Source of the DNA: an uncultured Defluviitaleaceae bacterium | GTDB taxonomy: Bacteria; Bacillota; Clostridia; Lachnospirales; WRBF01 | Direction of reading: 5' to 3' | Assembly: GCA_964492715.1 (NCBI GenBank) | Contig: CAZBLK010000015.1 | Location: 2,998-66,997 of the forward strand | DNA: 64,000 bases | Shown: piece by piece, positions 19,492 through 28,747 of the stretch | How positions within the stretch are numbered: position 1 is the first letter of the stretch | Layout: each line of letters begins with the position of its first letter | Translations under genes and position numbers: made by a program | Notes under the pieces: model-generated | Seen by the model: the letters and a program-made list of their open reading frames with translations, nothing else | Database searches by the model: none | Told to the model about the DNA's origin: nothing

Positions 19492-20758
19492 AATTTTTCA
19501 CAAACCTTTCGTAAAGCTCGTTACTTACACCGCTTTCTTTTATCATTTCAGAATAAAAATGTCCGCTTTGTTTTATAGTTCTTGTTTGCGTTTCATAATC
19601 CACATGAACTAAGCCAAACCGTGCCGATTCGCCCTCCAGCCACTCAAAGTTGTCGCAAAAACACCAGTGGTAATACCTTTCAAACGGCAAGTTGCTTTTG
19701 CAAAGCTCTTTTATATGAGAATAAATGTATTTTGCTCTAAAGGTGTCGGCATTGTCGCATGTTCCATTTTCTGTAATGTAAATTGGGCGTTTTAAAACTT
19801 TGTACAGCTTTTCGGCTGTTCTCACAATTCCTTTTGGGTAAATTTCCCATCCCAAGTCATTAACCGGTACATTTTCTTTTACGCCATCAGAAATTCCAGA
19901 CACTGTAGAGCGTGAATAGTAATTAATCCCCAAAAAATCGCTGTAAACACCACGTTTTGCCCTTGCATAGTTTACAATTGGCGGTGAAAACTTTCCAACA
20001 AGCATAGCTTCGCTAATTGCACCTTGAAACGCATGTTCCATTGTTTTTGCGGCGGCTATGTGGTAAAGGTTTTCGCTGTCCTTTGGCTCGAAAACTCGCA
20101 AATGGTTTGCAAAGCCTACCTTTGTGTCGCTAAAGCCCATTTCCTTGCGCATTTTGTGAATCATTTCATACGCTTTTATATGGCACGCACACATTACAGA
20201 CATTACTTTTGCTGTCTTTAAAAGTGACTTTTCTGCTGGCGGCCAAGTGCCGTAAAAATACGACCAGTAGGCGTAGACGTTTGGCTCGTTTATTGTAATA
20301 TATTCTGAAGCCAAGTCGCCTAAAGCGTAAATTACTTTACGCACAAACCTAAGGAAAACAGCAATGTTTGCTTCTTCGGTAAAACCACCTTGCTCCTCAA
20401 ACCACATGGGGTTTGTAAAGTGATGAAGCGTAAGAAGTGGCTTTATGCCAAGCTTTTTTAAGTACAAAAGCATTTCCCTGTAATGGTCTAAAGCTTCTTT
20501 GTCAAAGCTTCCGTCCGAAGGCTCTATTCTTGCCCATTCTATGCCAAAGCGGTACACTTGTATGCCCATTTGCTTCATCAAGTCGAAGTCTTGTTTCCAA
20601 AGATTGTAATGGTCGTTTGCACGGGCAGGGTTTGAGCCATCTTTAATTTTGCCTTGCTTGTACCAAAAGTTCCAGCTATGATTTAAGTCACCGCCCTCAA
20701 TTTGGGTTGCGGCAGACGCCGCCCCTAAAAGCATGTTTTGTTTTAGTTTAAAGGCCAT
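19481..20758 (-). CDS. GH1 beta-glycosidase
   Basis: QIEGG, RFGIEWARIEP, INEP (acid/base), ITENG (nucleophile), DNFEW. Confidence 0.93.
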   Translation of the reverse strand: MAFKLKQNMLLGAASAATQIEGGDLNHSWNFWYKQGKIKDGSNPARANDHYNLWKQDFDLMKQMGIQVYRFGIEWARIEPSDGSFDKEALDHYREMLLYLKKLGIKPLLTLHHFTNPMWFEEQGGFTEEANIAVFLRFVRKVIYALGDLASEYITINEPNVYAYWSYFYGTWPPAEKSLLKTAKVMSVMCACHIKAYEMIHKMRKEMGFSDTKVGFANHLRVFEPKDSENLYHIAAAKTMEHAFQGAISEAMLVGKFSPPIVNYARAKRGVYSDFLGINYYSRSTVSGISDGVKENVPVNDLGWEIYPKGIVRTAEKLYKVLKRPIYITENGTCDNADTFRAKYIYSHIKELCKSNLPFERYYHWCFCDNFEWLEGESARFGLVHVDYETQTRTIKQSGHFYSEMIKESGVSNELYERFVKNCDR

Positions 20759-20800
20759 AAATTACCTCCTGTGTAAAAACCGAAATGTGTTAATATTTAT

Positions 20801-20829
20801 ATTGTAAGCCAAAATTGGAAAAGTTGCAA
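20801..20829 (-). promoter_or_regulatory. SigA-type promoter of the glycosidase operon
   Basis: TTGCAA-17 bp-TACAAT on the minus strand. Confidence 0.65.
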
Positions 20830-20897
20830 ATGGTTAGGTGCTTTTTGATACTAACAAAAAAACAGGAATAAACCTCCTGCCTTTGTTGTGTTTTTAT

Positions 20898-21398
20898 TCA
20901 ATTAGTTTTCCAGTAATAAAACTGCTCCGTTTCATTAAACTTCTCAAATCCTGCTTTTAGCAAAACCTTCTGCGACGCAATATTATCTTTATCCGTTTTT
21001 GCAATTACAGCACTTACACCTTTTTCCTTTAAAGCCCACTGCACCATTGCATAAACCGCTTCTGTCATGTAGCCTTTGCTCCAGTAGCCTTTACTAATTC
21101 CATACCCAATTTCTACTTGATTTTTTTCATCTGGAATGTTTTTAAAGTTAGCCGACCCAATGCACACATTTGAGCTTTTTAATATAATGAGGAAAAAAGA
21201 ATGCCAAATGTAATTTTCGTCTTCTTCGTTAAATTTTTCAAGCTGACCTTTGTAGATGTCTCCTATAAAGCCGTCTAAACTTTCCCCGTCATATGTAAAT
21301 TGCAGTTGTTTTTCAAGTTTTTCTACTGAGTTGACAAGAAGGCTTAGTTGGCTGTGTTTTAATGGGATTAGTTTTAGGCGTTCGGTTGAAATTTGCAT
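20898..21398 (-). CDS. GNAT (RimJ/RimL-like) N-acetyltransferase
   Basis: TERLKL, EIGYGI..YWSKGYMTEAV, NIASQKVLLKAGF; start at ATG 21398 behind AGGAG. Confidence 0.88.
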   Translation of the reverse strand: MQISTERLKLIPLKHSQLSLLVNSVEKLEKQLQFTYDGESLDGFIGDIYKGQLEKFNEEDENYIWHSFFLIILKSSNVCIGSANFKNIPDEKNQVEIGYGISKGYWSKGYMTEAVYAMVQWALKEKGVSAVIAKTDKDNIASQKVLLKAGFEKFNETEQFYYWKTN

Positions 21399-21436
21399 GT
21401 TCATTCTCCTGTAGTAAATTTTTAATACCATTAACA

Positions 21437-21661
21437 TCACAAAAGCTTATTAAAATCATCAACACTAATATTAATCTCTGACAAAATAGCCCTCAGCAAT
21501 GCTCGTGGCAAATCTTTTCCTGTATGGAATGGAACTGTTGTCGTTCTTCCATCAATATTTTTAAAAATTACATGACTTCCTTTTTGCCTAACCTTTTCAA
21601 AACCCAATTTCAGCAAAATTTTCTCAAGCTCGACTGCCTTAACAAGTTTTAATTTACTCAT
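21437..21661 (-). CDS. hicA: HicA family toxin (type II TA)
   Basis: LGFEKVRQKGSHVIF..TTVPFH motif. Confidence 0.92.
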   Translation of the reverse strand: MSKLKLVKAVELEKILLKLGFEKVRQKGSHVIFKNIDGRTTTVPFHTGKDLPRALLRAILSEINISVDDFNKLL

Positions 21662-21879
21662 ATAGCAACCTCAATTTGAGTAATTCCTGCAAATGTTGGT
21701 AGAGCATTAATTTCTTCACTATCCATTTCCTCCAAGCAAAGCTGTACAACTTCTAAAAGTTTTACTTGAAGCTCATCTAAAGTTTCGGCAAAAGTGTGCG
21801 CTCCGGGCAACATTGGTACTATGCCAACAAACATACCGCTTTCATTATCCCTTTCAATATAAACAGTAAATGTTTTCAT
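21658..21879 (-). CDS. hicB: HicB family antitoxin (short, no DNA-binding domain)
   Basis: FVGIVPMLPGAHTFAETLDEL; 4-nt overlap with hicA. Confidence 0.9.
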   Translation of the reverse strand: MKTFTVYIERDNESGMFVGIVPMLPGAHTFAETLDELQVKLLEVVQLCLEEMDSEEINALPTFAGITQIEVAI

Positions 21880-21940
21880 GCTATAATCTCCCTATTCAAA
21901 ATCATTAATCATTAAACAATTAATAGACATACCCTATTAT

Positions 21941-21969
21941 AGTATAGAGTAGAATCTATTAATTTTCAA
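21941..21969 (-). promoter_or_regulatory. SigA-type promoter of hicBA
   Basis: TTGAAA-17 bp-TATACT. Confidence 0.6.
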
Positions 21970-21999
21970 TGATTTTACACAAAATTTACCAACCAAAAC

Positions 22000-23001
22000 C
22001 TAACTATACCTCCAAATATCCGAACAAGTAATCCCCTCATTAAGCGCAATGTTAAGCGAATTTGCAATAATCCCCGAAAGCCTTTCGACAACATCGTCCA
22101 CTTCCTTTGGCGTAACAAACATGTTCCCCTCATAAGGGTTTAGCACATCTCTAATTAAGCTATACTTTTCGTCAGCTTCAAGCTCTACAAGCATTTTATA
22201 AAAATCTGTCCCAACAATAGCTTCCTTTATTAAAGCACCAAGCATAACATCAAGAGTATCATTCACAAGCGTAGCAGCATCTACTACTGTTGGAACGCCA
22301 ATTGCAATTACCTTTGTGCCAAGCGTTTCTTCGTTCAACCCTTTGCGCCTGTTTCCCATTCCGCCCCCTGGCGAAATTCCTGTGTCAGAAATTTGTATAG
22401 TTGCATTTATGCGTGACGTTTGCCGTGCCGCAAGCGCATCTATTGCAATAACTAGGTCGGGCTTTATTTTGTCTACAATACCTTTTATAATTTCGGCTGT
22501 TTCAATGCCTGTAATTCCAAGAACCCCAGGGGCAACAGCGGCTATTTGCCTTACATTTTTATGAAGCTCCTTAGGTAAAACATTTTCTGTCACCATATGC
22601 CTTGTTACAAGTACACTTTCGGCCACCTTTGGGCCAAGTGAGTCTGGTGTTACGTTTCGGTTTCCTAGCCCCACAATTAAGACAGTTCCGTTTTTTTTCA
22701 ATTTATGAATACTTCCAATAGCTTTTGCCACAAGCTTAATAATTTCTTCGTGTGCCAACGTGTCGTTTTGCTTCATTGCATCAGCTTCAATTGTAATGTA
22801 ATTTCCAACAGGCTTACCAATTGCACTTGCACCCATTTCGTTTTGCACTTCAACCCAAATTTGCCTAATGGTGTTGTCTCTAAATTTGTTTACAGAAAGT
22901 TTTACGCCGTTTACCTCACTGCTGTCACCCCTTGCAATTTCGTGGGCTTCCAGTGCTAAGTCTGTGTATATGTTCTTTTTCCAAGGTTTATTTGTACTCA
23001 T
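22000..23001 (-). CDS. gpr: GPR endopeptidase (spore germination protease)
   Basis: TDLALEA, VGLGN..TPDSLGP, GITGIET, IDALAAR, GVPTVVDA, MFVTPKEVD. Confidence 0.95.
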   Translation of the reverse strand: MSTNKPWKKNIYTDLALEAHEIARGDSSEVNGVKLSVNKFRDNTIRQIWVEVQNEMGASAIGKPVGNYITIEADAMKQNDTLAHEEIIKLVAKAIGSIHKLKKNGTVLIVGLGNRNVTPDSLGPKVAESVLVTRHMVTENVLPKELHKNVRQIAAVAPGVLGITGIETAEIIKGIVDKIKPDLVIAIDALAARQTSRINATIQISDTGISPGGGMGNRRKGLNEETLGTKVIAIGVPTVVDAATLVNDTLDVMLGALIKEAIVGTDFYKMLVELEADEKYSLIRDVLNPYEGNMFVTPKEVDDVVERLSGIIANSLNIALNEGITCSDIWRYS

Positions 23002-23254
23002 AAGTAGTCCTCCTCATTATGTCTAAACTTTCTAAAGCTTTTATCGCAATTTGAATAAAACAGTTCACCAAGACATTTTGCGTCAAAAAATAGTTGAAGC
23101 GTTCGATATTTTTGCCACAAAATGTCTTGGTGACTATAAAAACTCAAATTGCTATACAAATTAATTTCCCCAAAATACATGCTTTAATGTATAATAGTTT
23201 TTGTGCTATAATAAACTTTAAAGAGATGATTGTCTTTTAAGGAGTGTATAAATA

Positions 23255-24454
23255 ATGGAAAACAAAAAGACGTTTTTTGCGGGTTTTGCTGTGGGCGCTG
23301 TTTTAATTTTTGTCATTAACTTTAGCTTAGGCCCAGCTATATCAACGTACAACAAGGCAAAAGGTGTAGAGCAAAAGCTTACCCCAGAAAACAAGGTAAC
23401 AGAAATTTTAGACATATTAAACAAATATTATGTAGAAGATTTTGACATTGAGCAGCTTCAAGAAGGAATGTACACAGGTTTTGTTTACGGCGTTGGCGAC
23501 CCATATACAACTTATATGGATAAAGATTATTTAAAAAAGTTTATAGAAAGCCTTGAGGGTACGTTTGCAGGTGTTGGCATTTACGTTTCGCCAAATACTA
23601 AAACAAACAGAATTACAGTAATCTCTCCAATAGAAGGCTCACCAGCCTATGCCGCTGGAATAAAACCAAAAGACATTATTACAAAGGTAAACGGCATTGA
23701 CGTGTATGCAGACACACTTGACGAAGCCATTACAATGATGAAAGGCAAAGAAGGCACGTCTGTAAACGTTACAATTTATCGTGAAAGCGAAGAAAGAACT
23801 TTTGATATAAGCTTAAAAAGAGCAATTATTAACGTGCCAACTGTTGCACACAAAATGCTTGAAAACAGCATTGGCTATTTAAGAATTACAGGCTTTGACG
23901 AGGTTACATACGACCAGTTTATGGAAGCTTACAACGACCTCAATAGCCAAGGCATGAAAGGGCTTGTAATTGACCTTAGAAACAACCCTGGCGGTCTTCT
24001 TGACATAGTTGTAAAAATTGCTGACGAGCTTGTTCCGGAAGGCAAAATAGTTTACACCGAAGACAAAAACGGCAAAACAAAATTTTCATACTCGGACAAA
24101 AAGCAAATTGAAGTTCCTTTAGCTTTAATTGTAAACGGCAGCAGCGCAAGCGCATCAGAAGTTTTAGCAGGTGCTGTAAAAGACTTGGGCGTAGGCGAGC
24201 TTGTTGGCACACAAACGTTTGGCAAAGGGCTTGTTCAAACACTTTACCCTCTTTCTGACGGAAGCGGCGTAAAGGTGACAATTGCAAAATATTACACACC
24301 AAGCGGAGTTTGCATTGACAAAGTTGGTATTAAACCTGACTATATTGTGGAAATGGAACATGACGATGACGTAAGCATTTCAAACCTTACGTTTGAAGAA
24401 GATGTTCAACTTAAAAAAGCTTTTGAAGTTGTTGAAAGTAAAATTAAAAAGTAG
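23255..24454 (+). CDS. S41 C-terminal processing protease (CtpA-like)
   Basis: PDZ region (GSPAYAAGI), DLRNNPGG, SASASE, TFGKG. Confidence 0.93.
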   Translation: MENKKTFFAGFAVGAVLIFVINFSLGPAISTYNKAKGVEQKLTPENKVTEILDILNKYYVEDFDIEQLQEGMYTGFVYGVGDPYTTYMDKDYLKKFIESLEGTFAGVGIYVSPNTKTNRITVISPIEGSPAYAAGIKPKDIITKVNGIDVYADTLDEAITMMKGKEGTSVNVTIYRESEERTFDISLKRAIINVPTVAHKMLENSIGYLRITGFDEVTYDQFMEAYNDLNSQGMKGLVIDLRNNPGGLLDIVVKIADELVPEGKIVYTEDKNGKTKFSYSDKKQIEVPLALIVNGSSASASEVLAGAVKDLGVGELVGTQTFGKGLVQTLYPLSDGSGVKVTIAKYYTPSGVCIDKVGIKPDYIVEMEHDDDVSISNLTFEEDVQLKKAFEVVESKIKK

Positions 24455-24462
24455 AGCATGTT

Positions 24463-24500
24463 TGGAGTGCTACGCATTAGGTGCGGCACTCCATTTTGTT
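24463..24500 (+). terminator. Terminator of the S41 protease gene
   Basis: tggagtgc/gcactcca stem followed by a T-run. Confidence 0.7.
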
Positions 24501-24520
24501 TGCCTGCTTGCCAACTGTCT

Positions 24521-24558
24521 AAAAAAATACCCATTTTCACAAAAATGAAAATGGGTAT
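24521..24558 (-). terminator. Terminator of the hemZ-ending run
   Basis: Perfect 13-bp stem atacccattttca/tgaaaatgggtat with an A-run on its left. Confidence 0.75.
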
Positions 24559-24589
24559 AAAATGGGAAAAGCTATCCTTCGAGTAGACT

Positions 24590-26032
24590 CTACAAGTTCA
24601 AAATTTTTTTATTAACAACTTCATCAATTCTTTTAATATATTCAAAAACGTCTTTCATATTAGTAATTCGCTCAATTCTGTTTGTTTTAAGGTCAACCGT
24701 TTTTGTAATTGCTCCTGCGCCTGCCGCAACAATTGTTTGGGTTTCTTCCATTATATGAACGTTGTACAAACCCTCGTGCCCAGCCTTTGAGTACCCAACG
24801 TTTTCAAAGCCGCCAAGCATGTTTTTTTGCCTATACATGTAGTAAGGCAGCAAGCCCATTTTCTGTGCGTGGCTGCGAGATGTTTGTAAAATTTTCTCCA
24901 TTACGTTTACTTCTGAATAAAGGTTGAAGTCGGCGGCGTTTGTTAGCATGTCCTCTTTAAGCTTTGACGCACGCTTCACAGAAAGCGTGTGAATTGTAAG
25001 GTTTTCTGGGTTAAGTGTTAAAACTTGCTCTAGCGTTTTTGTTGCTTCTTCTATGCCTTCGTTTGGAAGCCCCATTATCAAGTCAACGTTAATCGATTTG
25101 TGCCCACATTCTCTAGCCATGTCAAACGCTTTAAAAAAGTCGTCTGCTGTGTGTCCCCTTCCAATTTTTTCAAGAGTTTTGTCGTTTAAAGTTTGAGTGT
25201 TTACAGAAAGCCTTGTTACTTCATATTTCTTCATTAAAGCAAGCTTTTCCATGTCTAGCGTGTCTGGCCTGCCTGCTTCAACAGTAAACTCGTCGGCAGA
25301 TTTTACATTAAACCTGCTGTAAACAGCTTCCAACAACCGTTCAAGCCGCCTTGCATCAAGAGAAGTTGGCGTTCCTCCGCCAATATAAACAGTTTGCAAG
25401 TGCTTTTCCTTTATAAGTTTGGCGCAAGCATCAAGCTCTTTTATTAAGCAGTCCAAATACGTGTCAACATAATCTTCAAATTTAGAAATTGGAAACGAAG
25501 TAAACGAGCAGTAATAGCACCTTGTAGGGCAAAACGGAATACCAACGTACAGGCTAACTTTGTTTTGCGTTTTAGACAAAACAATTGGACGTTGCCTTTT
25601 TGCAACGTCTACACAAAGCTCCAGCTTTTCATCTGAAGCTAGGTACTTGTTTTTCATTGTAGCTAAAACTTCAGCTTCACCAAGCCCTTTATCAAACAAG
25701 TCATGCACAATTTTTGTCGGTCTAATTCCAGTAAGAACGCCCCACGGTGGCGTGTAGCCAGTTGCTTTAGTTAAAGCACGGTACATTGATGTTTTTATTT
25801 CAAGTTTAAGCTGTTTTTCATCAGAAGCAGAAACAGTTTCTTCATCACGTGACAAAAACTGCCCATTTGCATAAACCTCACTTCTACAAACATCTTCGTC
25901 TAAAGAAGAAACGACAGTTACACCCAAATCAGAAACTTCTTCTGCCCTTGCAAAATTTTCGTTATTATAAAAAACTTGTGATATAGTTTGAATTTCGTTT
26001 TCAAAGGCGTGTCCGTTACAAATAAAATTCAT
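24590..26032 (-). CDS. hemZ: HemZ-type radical SAM protein
   Basis: PWGVLTGIRP, YVGIPFCPTRCYYC, GGGTPT, EAGRPD, PYYMYRQK. Confidence 0.9.
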   Translation of the reverse strand: MNFICNGHAFENEIQTISQVFYNNENFARAEEVSDLGVTVVSSLDEDVCRSEVYANGQFLSRDEETVSASDEKQLKLEIKTSMYRALTKATGYTPPWGVLTGIRPTKIVHDLFDKGLGEAEVLATMKNKYLASDEKLELCVDVAKRQRPIVLSKTQNKVSLYVGIPFCPTRCYYCSFTSFPISKFEDYVDTYLDCLIKELDACAKLIKEKHLQTVYIGGGTPTSLDARRLERLLEAVYSRFNVKSADEFTVEAGRPDTLDMEKLALMKKYEVTRLSVNTQTLNDKTLEKIGRGHTADDFFKAFDMARECGHKSINVDLIMGLPNEGIEEATKTLEQVLTLNPENLTIHTLSVKRASKLKEDMLTNAADFNLYSEVNVMEKILQTSRSHAQKMGLLPYYMYRQKNMLGGFENVGYSKAGHEGLYNVHIMEETQTIVAAGAGAITKTVDLKTNRIERITNMKDVFEYIKRIDEVVNKKILNL

Positions 26033-26676
26033 TGTAAACCGCCTTTTGCACCAACGTATGGGTTGTTAATTTTTTCGTGTCCTATAGTTGTAGCTCGGTC
26101 ATGCCCTGGGTAAACTTTTACATCTTCTGGTAAAACAAAAAGCTTTTCTTTAATTGAAGCATAAAGCTGCCTGCCATTCCCAAGAAGCAAGTCGTACCTG
26201 CCAATTTCCTCATAAAAAAGCGTGTCACCGCTGAACAAAACCTTTTCCTTGTCGTCATAAAAACATGTTCCGCCAGGAGTGTGCCCAGGGGTGTGTATTG
26301 CTTTTAAAACGCTTTCGCCAACTTTTATTTCAAAGCCGTCTTCAAAAAGCACGTCATAAGTAAGCTTGCTAACTTTTTCACCAGTGTAAGAATAAACGTG
26401 CTTCAAACTGTACTGCTCGATAATTTGCGGCTCGTCTTTGTGTAAAAAAAGCTTTGCACCTGTATGCTCTTGCAGCTTTAAAATACCGCCTATATGGTCG
26501 GGGTGTCCGTGTGTAAGCAAAATTCCTTTTACGTTAATTTTGTTTTCTTCAATTTTAGCAATAATTTTTGAAGGTTCGCCACCTGGGTCAATTACAACGC
26601 CTTCAAGCGTTTTTTCATCAAAATATATATAAACGTTTTCCCGTAGCATAGTTACAGGTGTAACTAAAATTTTCAT
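26029..26676 (-). CDS. MBL-fold metallo-hydrolase (glyoxalase II-like)
   Basis: THGHPDH, TPGHTPG, FSGDTLF, YPGH. Confidence 0.92.
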   Translation of the reverse strand: MKILVTPVTMLRENVYIYFDEKTLEGVVIDPGGEPSKIIAKIEENKINVKGILLTHGHPDHIGGILKLQEHTGAKLFLHKDEPQIIEQYSLKHVYSYTGEKVSKLTYDVLFEDGFEIKVGESVLKAIHTPGHTPGGTCFYDDKEKVLFSGDTLFYEEIGRYDLLLGNGRQLYASIKEKLFVLPEDVKVYPGHDRATTIGHEKINNPYVGAKGGLQ

Positions 26677-26703
26677 TAATTTTTAAAGCCTCCTAATAAG
26701 TTA

Positions 26704-27870
26704 CTACAGCTTGCAAATTATCATGCTAACATCATCAAGCTGGTACTTTTGTGCTTCGCTTGCATTGTAGTTGTAAAAAGCCGACTGAATTATATCAAGA
26801 ATTTCTTTAGGGTCGTATAACGACGTGTCTATAAGAATTTCCTTCAACTTAGCTGAAAAGTCGTCTGGGTTATCTTTGTAAAAAGTATCGGACAAGCCAT
26901 CGGTGTGGAAAAACAAAATGTCGCCTTTGTTGTAATCAATCGTTTTAACTTCATACTTTGAGTCAAGCATAAGCCCAATTGGAAGCCCCGAAACGTTTAG
27001 CTCAAACGCAACGCTTTCCTTAGCGTTTAAATAAATTGGAAGCGCTTGCCCAGCATTTGAAAAATAAATTCTCTGTTCATGGGTGTTAATAATTGCAAAA
27101 AACACACATGCAAACATTTCTTGGTCACTGTTTTCAAAAATTCGGCAAAACTCGGTGTTTAAGCCTGCCAAAATTCTGTTTGGTGCAGAGTGAACTGAAG
27201 ACAAGTTTTTTACCATCATGCCAAGCATAGCTGTCAAAAGAGCCGCCGAAATTCCATGCCCCGACACATCACCAATAGCAACAAAAATGCAGTCTTTATC
27301 AATTTGTAAAATTACGTCGTAAAAGTCGCCGCCAATGTCAAGAGCAGGCAAATATCTGCTTAAAAATTTAGACTCGTTAAATTCAAAGTCAACGTCGGGC
27401 AAAAGCGCCTTTTGCACATTCTGCGCCATTTTAAGCTGAAAATTAAGCAAATTATTTTTTTCTTCGAGCTCTACATATTTTGCTTTAAGCTGGTCACGCA
27501 AGTTTTTAACGTGAATAAGCGACATAACTTTTGAAGTTAAAACTGACGAGTCAAAGTTTTTTTGAATTATATCATCTGCGCCAATTTCTAAAGACCTAAT
27601 CCGAACGTCTTTTGTGTCTTCAAGAGTTAAAAGCAAAACAAGGGTGTACTCGCTTTCTGGCTTTTGCCTAAGCTTTTTTAAAACGTCAAAGCCGCTTATG
27701 TCGGGCAGCTCTACACCCATAATTAATAAATCAGGGTTAAACACCTCAATTTTCGCAAGTGCGTTAAGCCCACTTTCGGAAGTTAAAATTTCAAACCCTT
27801 CAAGGCTTAGGCATTTGCGAATTAAGTCGGTGCTTTGAACAGAATTGTCAACCACAAGAATTTTTATCAT
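26704..27870 (-). CDS. Receiver-like domain + coiled coil + PP2C (SpoIIE/RsbU-type) phosphatase
   Basis: N-terminal REC fold; GGDFYD, GDVSGHG, TDGL and DDVS PP2C motifs. Confidence 0.9.
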   Translation of the reverse strand: MIKILVVDNSVQSTDLIRKCLSLEGFEILTSESGLNALAKIEVFNPDLLIMGVELPDISGFDVLKKLRQKPESEYTLVLLLTLEDTKDVRIRSLEIGADDIIQKNFDSSVLTSKVMSLIHVKNLRDQLKAKYVELEEKNNLLNFQLKMAQNVQKALLPDVDFEFNESKFLSRYLPALDIGGDFYDVILQIDKDCIFVAIGDVSGHGISAALLTAMLGMMVKNLSSVHSAPNRILAGLNTEFCRIFENSDQEMFACVFFAIINTHEQRIYFSNAGQALPIYLNAKESVAFELNVSGLPIGLMLDSKYEVKTIDYNKGDILFFHTDGLSDTFYKDNPDDFSAKLKEILIDTSLYDPKEILDIIQSAFYNYNASEAQKYQLDDVSMIICKL

Positions 27871-28288
27871 CAGCCCTCACCTTTTTAACAAAATTAATTA
27901 CGTTGCCGCTTTCATTAAAAAGCAAGCTGTCAGTCATTGCATAAACAAGGCGAATACCTCTACCGTGGTCGCTTTCGGAAGGGTCTTCACCTTCGCTTAA
28001 CGACAGAATTTTGTTGTAGTCAAAGCCTTCTCCTTCGTCGGATATAGAAGCAAAAACCGTTCCGTCTTCAATTTTTACAGACAAGCTAACACGCTTTTTA
28101 ATGTCGCTTTTATTGCCATGCAAAACAGAGTTGCACAAAAGCTCGCTAAAAATAAGCTTTAAGTCAAGTGCTTCTTCATTTTCCAGGCGTGGGATATTAA
28201 GAGTAATAAAAGAAAGCGTTTCCGACAACACTGACTTAACGTTTAAAAGCTCACTGGCGAAAGTTATCTCAAGCTTATTAGTTAACAT
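27848..28288 (-). CDS. RsbW/SpoIIAB-like serine kinase (HATPase_c_2)
   Basis: SELLCNSVLHGN N-box, SDEGEGFD G1 box, HGRGI G2 box. Confidence 0.88.
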   Translation of the reverse strand: MLTNKLEITFASELLNVKSVLSETLSFITLNIPRLENEEALDLKLIFSELLCNSVLHGNKSDIKKRVSLSVKIEDGTVFASISDEGEGFDYNKILSLSEGEDPSESDHGRGIRLVYAMTDSLLFNESGNVINFVKKVRADDKNSCG

Positions 28289-28348
28289 ATTCCCACCACC
28301 CCATGTATTTTACAATAACCATTTGTAAAATTTCAGCCCGTTAAAACC

Positions 28349-28747
28349 CTACTCAAATGAAATTACTTTATGAGTTTTTTCCATAGTAATTACCGTTACA
28401 TTTTCGGAATTTTTTTCTATTTGCAGCTTATCCATTAAAGCACGAATCATCAAAAGCCCCATTTCGTCCTCGTCTGGCACAAGGCTAACTTCGCCCTTTG
28501 TTGAGAGCACAATGTTTAAAACGCCTTGCGAAACACTGAAATGCAAAGTAAAGTCGCCGTTTGACAGCTTTTTAATAATAAACGTACAAGCTTCCGAAAC
28601 AGCCGCCTTTATGTCCTCTATTTCGTCAATGTCAAAGCCGACACGGTTTGCAATTGATGAAGCTGTTAGGCGTGCTGCCGAAACATAAGAAGGATTTATC
28701 GGCAGCGTCAGTTGAATGTTTTCGTTTTCAGTGCTTGAATTATTCAT
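28349..28747 (-). CDS. RsbW-like anti-sigma factor with degenerate ATP-binding boxes
   Basis: RLTASSIANRVGFDIDEIEDIKAAVSEACT is RsbW-like; N-box Asn and DxG are lost; ATG 28747 overlaps the STAS gene stop. Confidence 0.8.
   Translation of the reverse strand: MNNSSTENENIQLTLPINPSYVSAARLTASSIANRVGFDIDEIEDIKAAVSEACTFIIKKLSNGDFTLHFSVSQGVLNIVLSTKGEVSLVPDEDEMGLLMIRALMDKLQIEKNSENVTVITMEKTHKVISFE

Noticed and set aside
23008-23047. SigF/SigG promoter for gpr (CATAATG)
   Set aside because: The candidate -10 abuts the RBS and the -35 spacing is off; not supportable.
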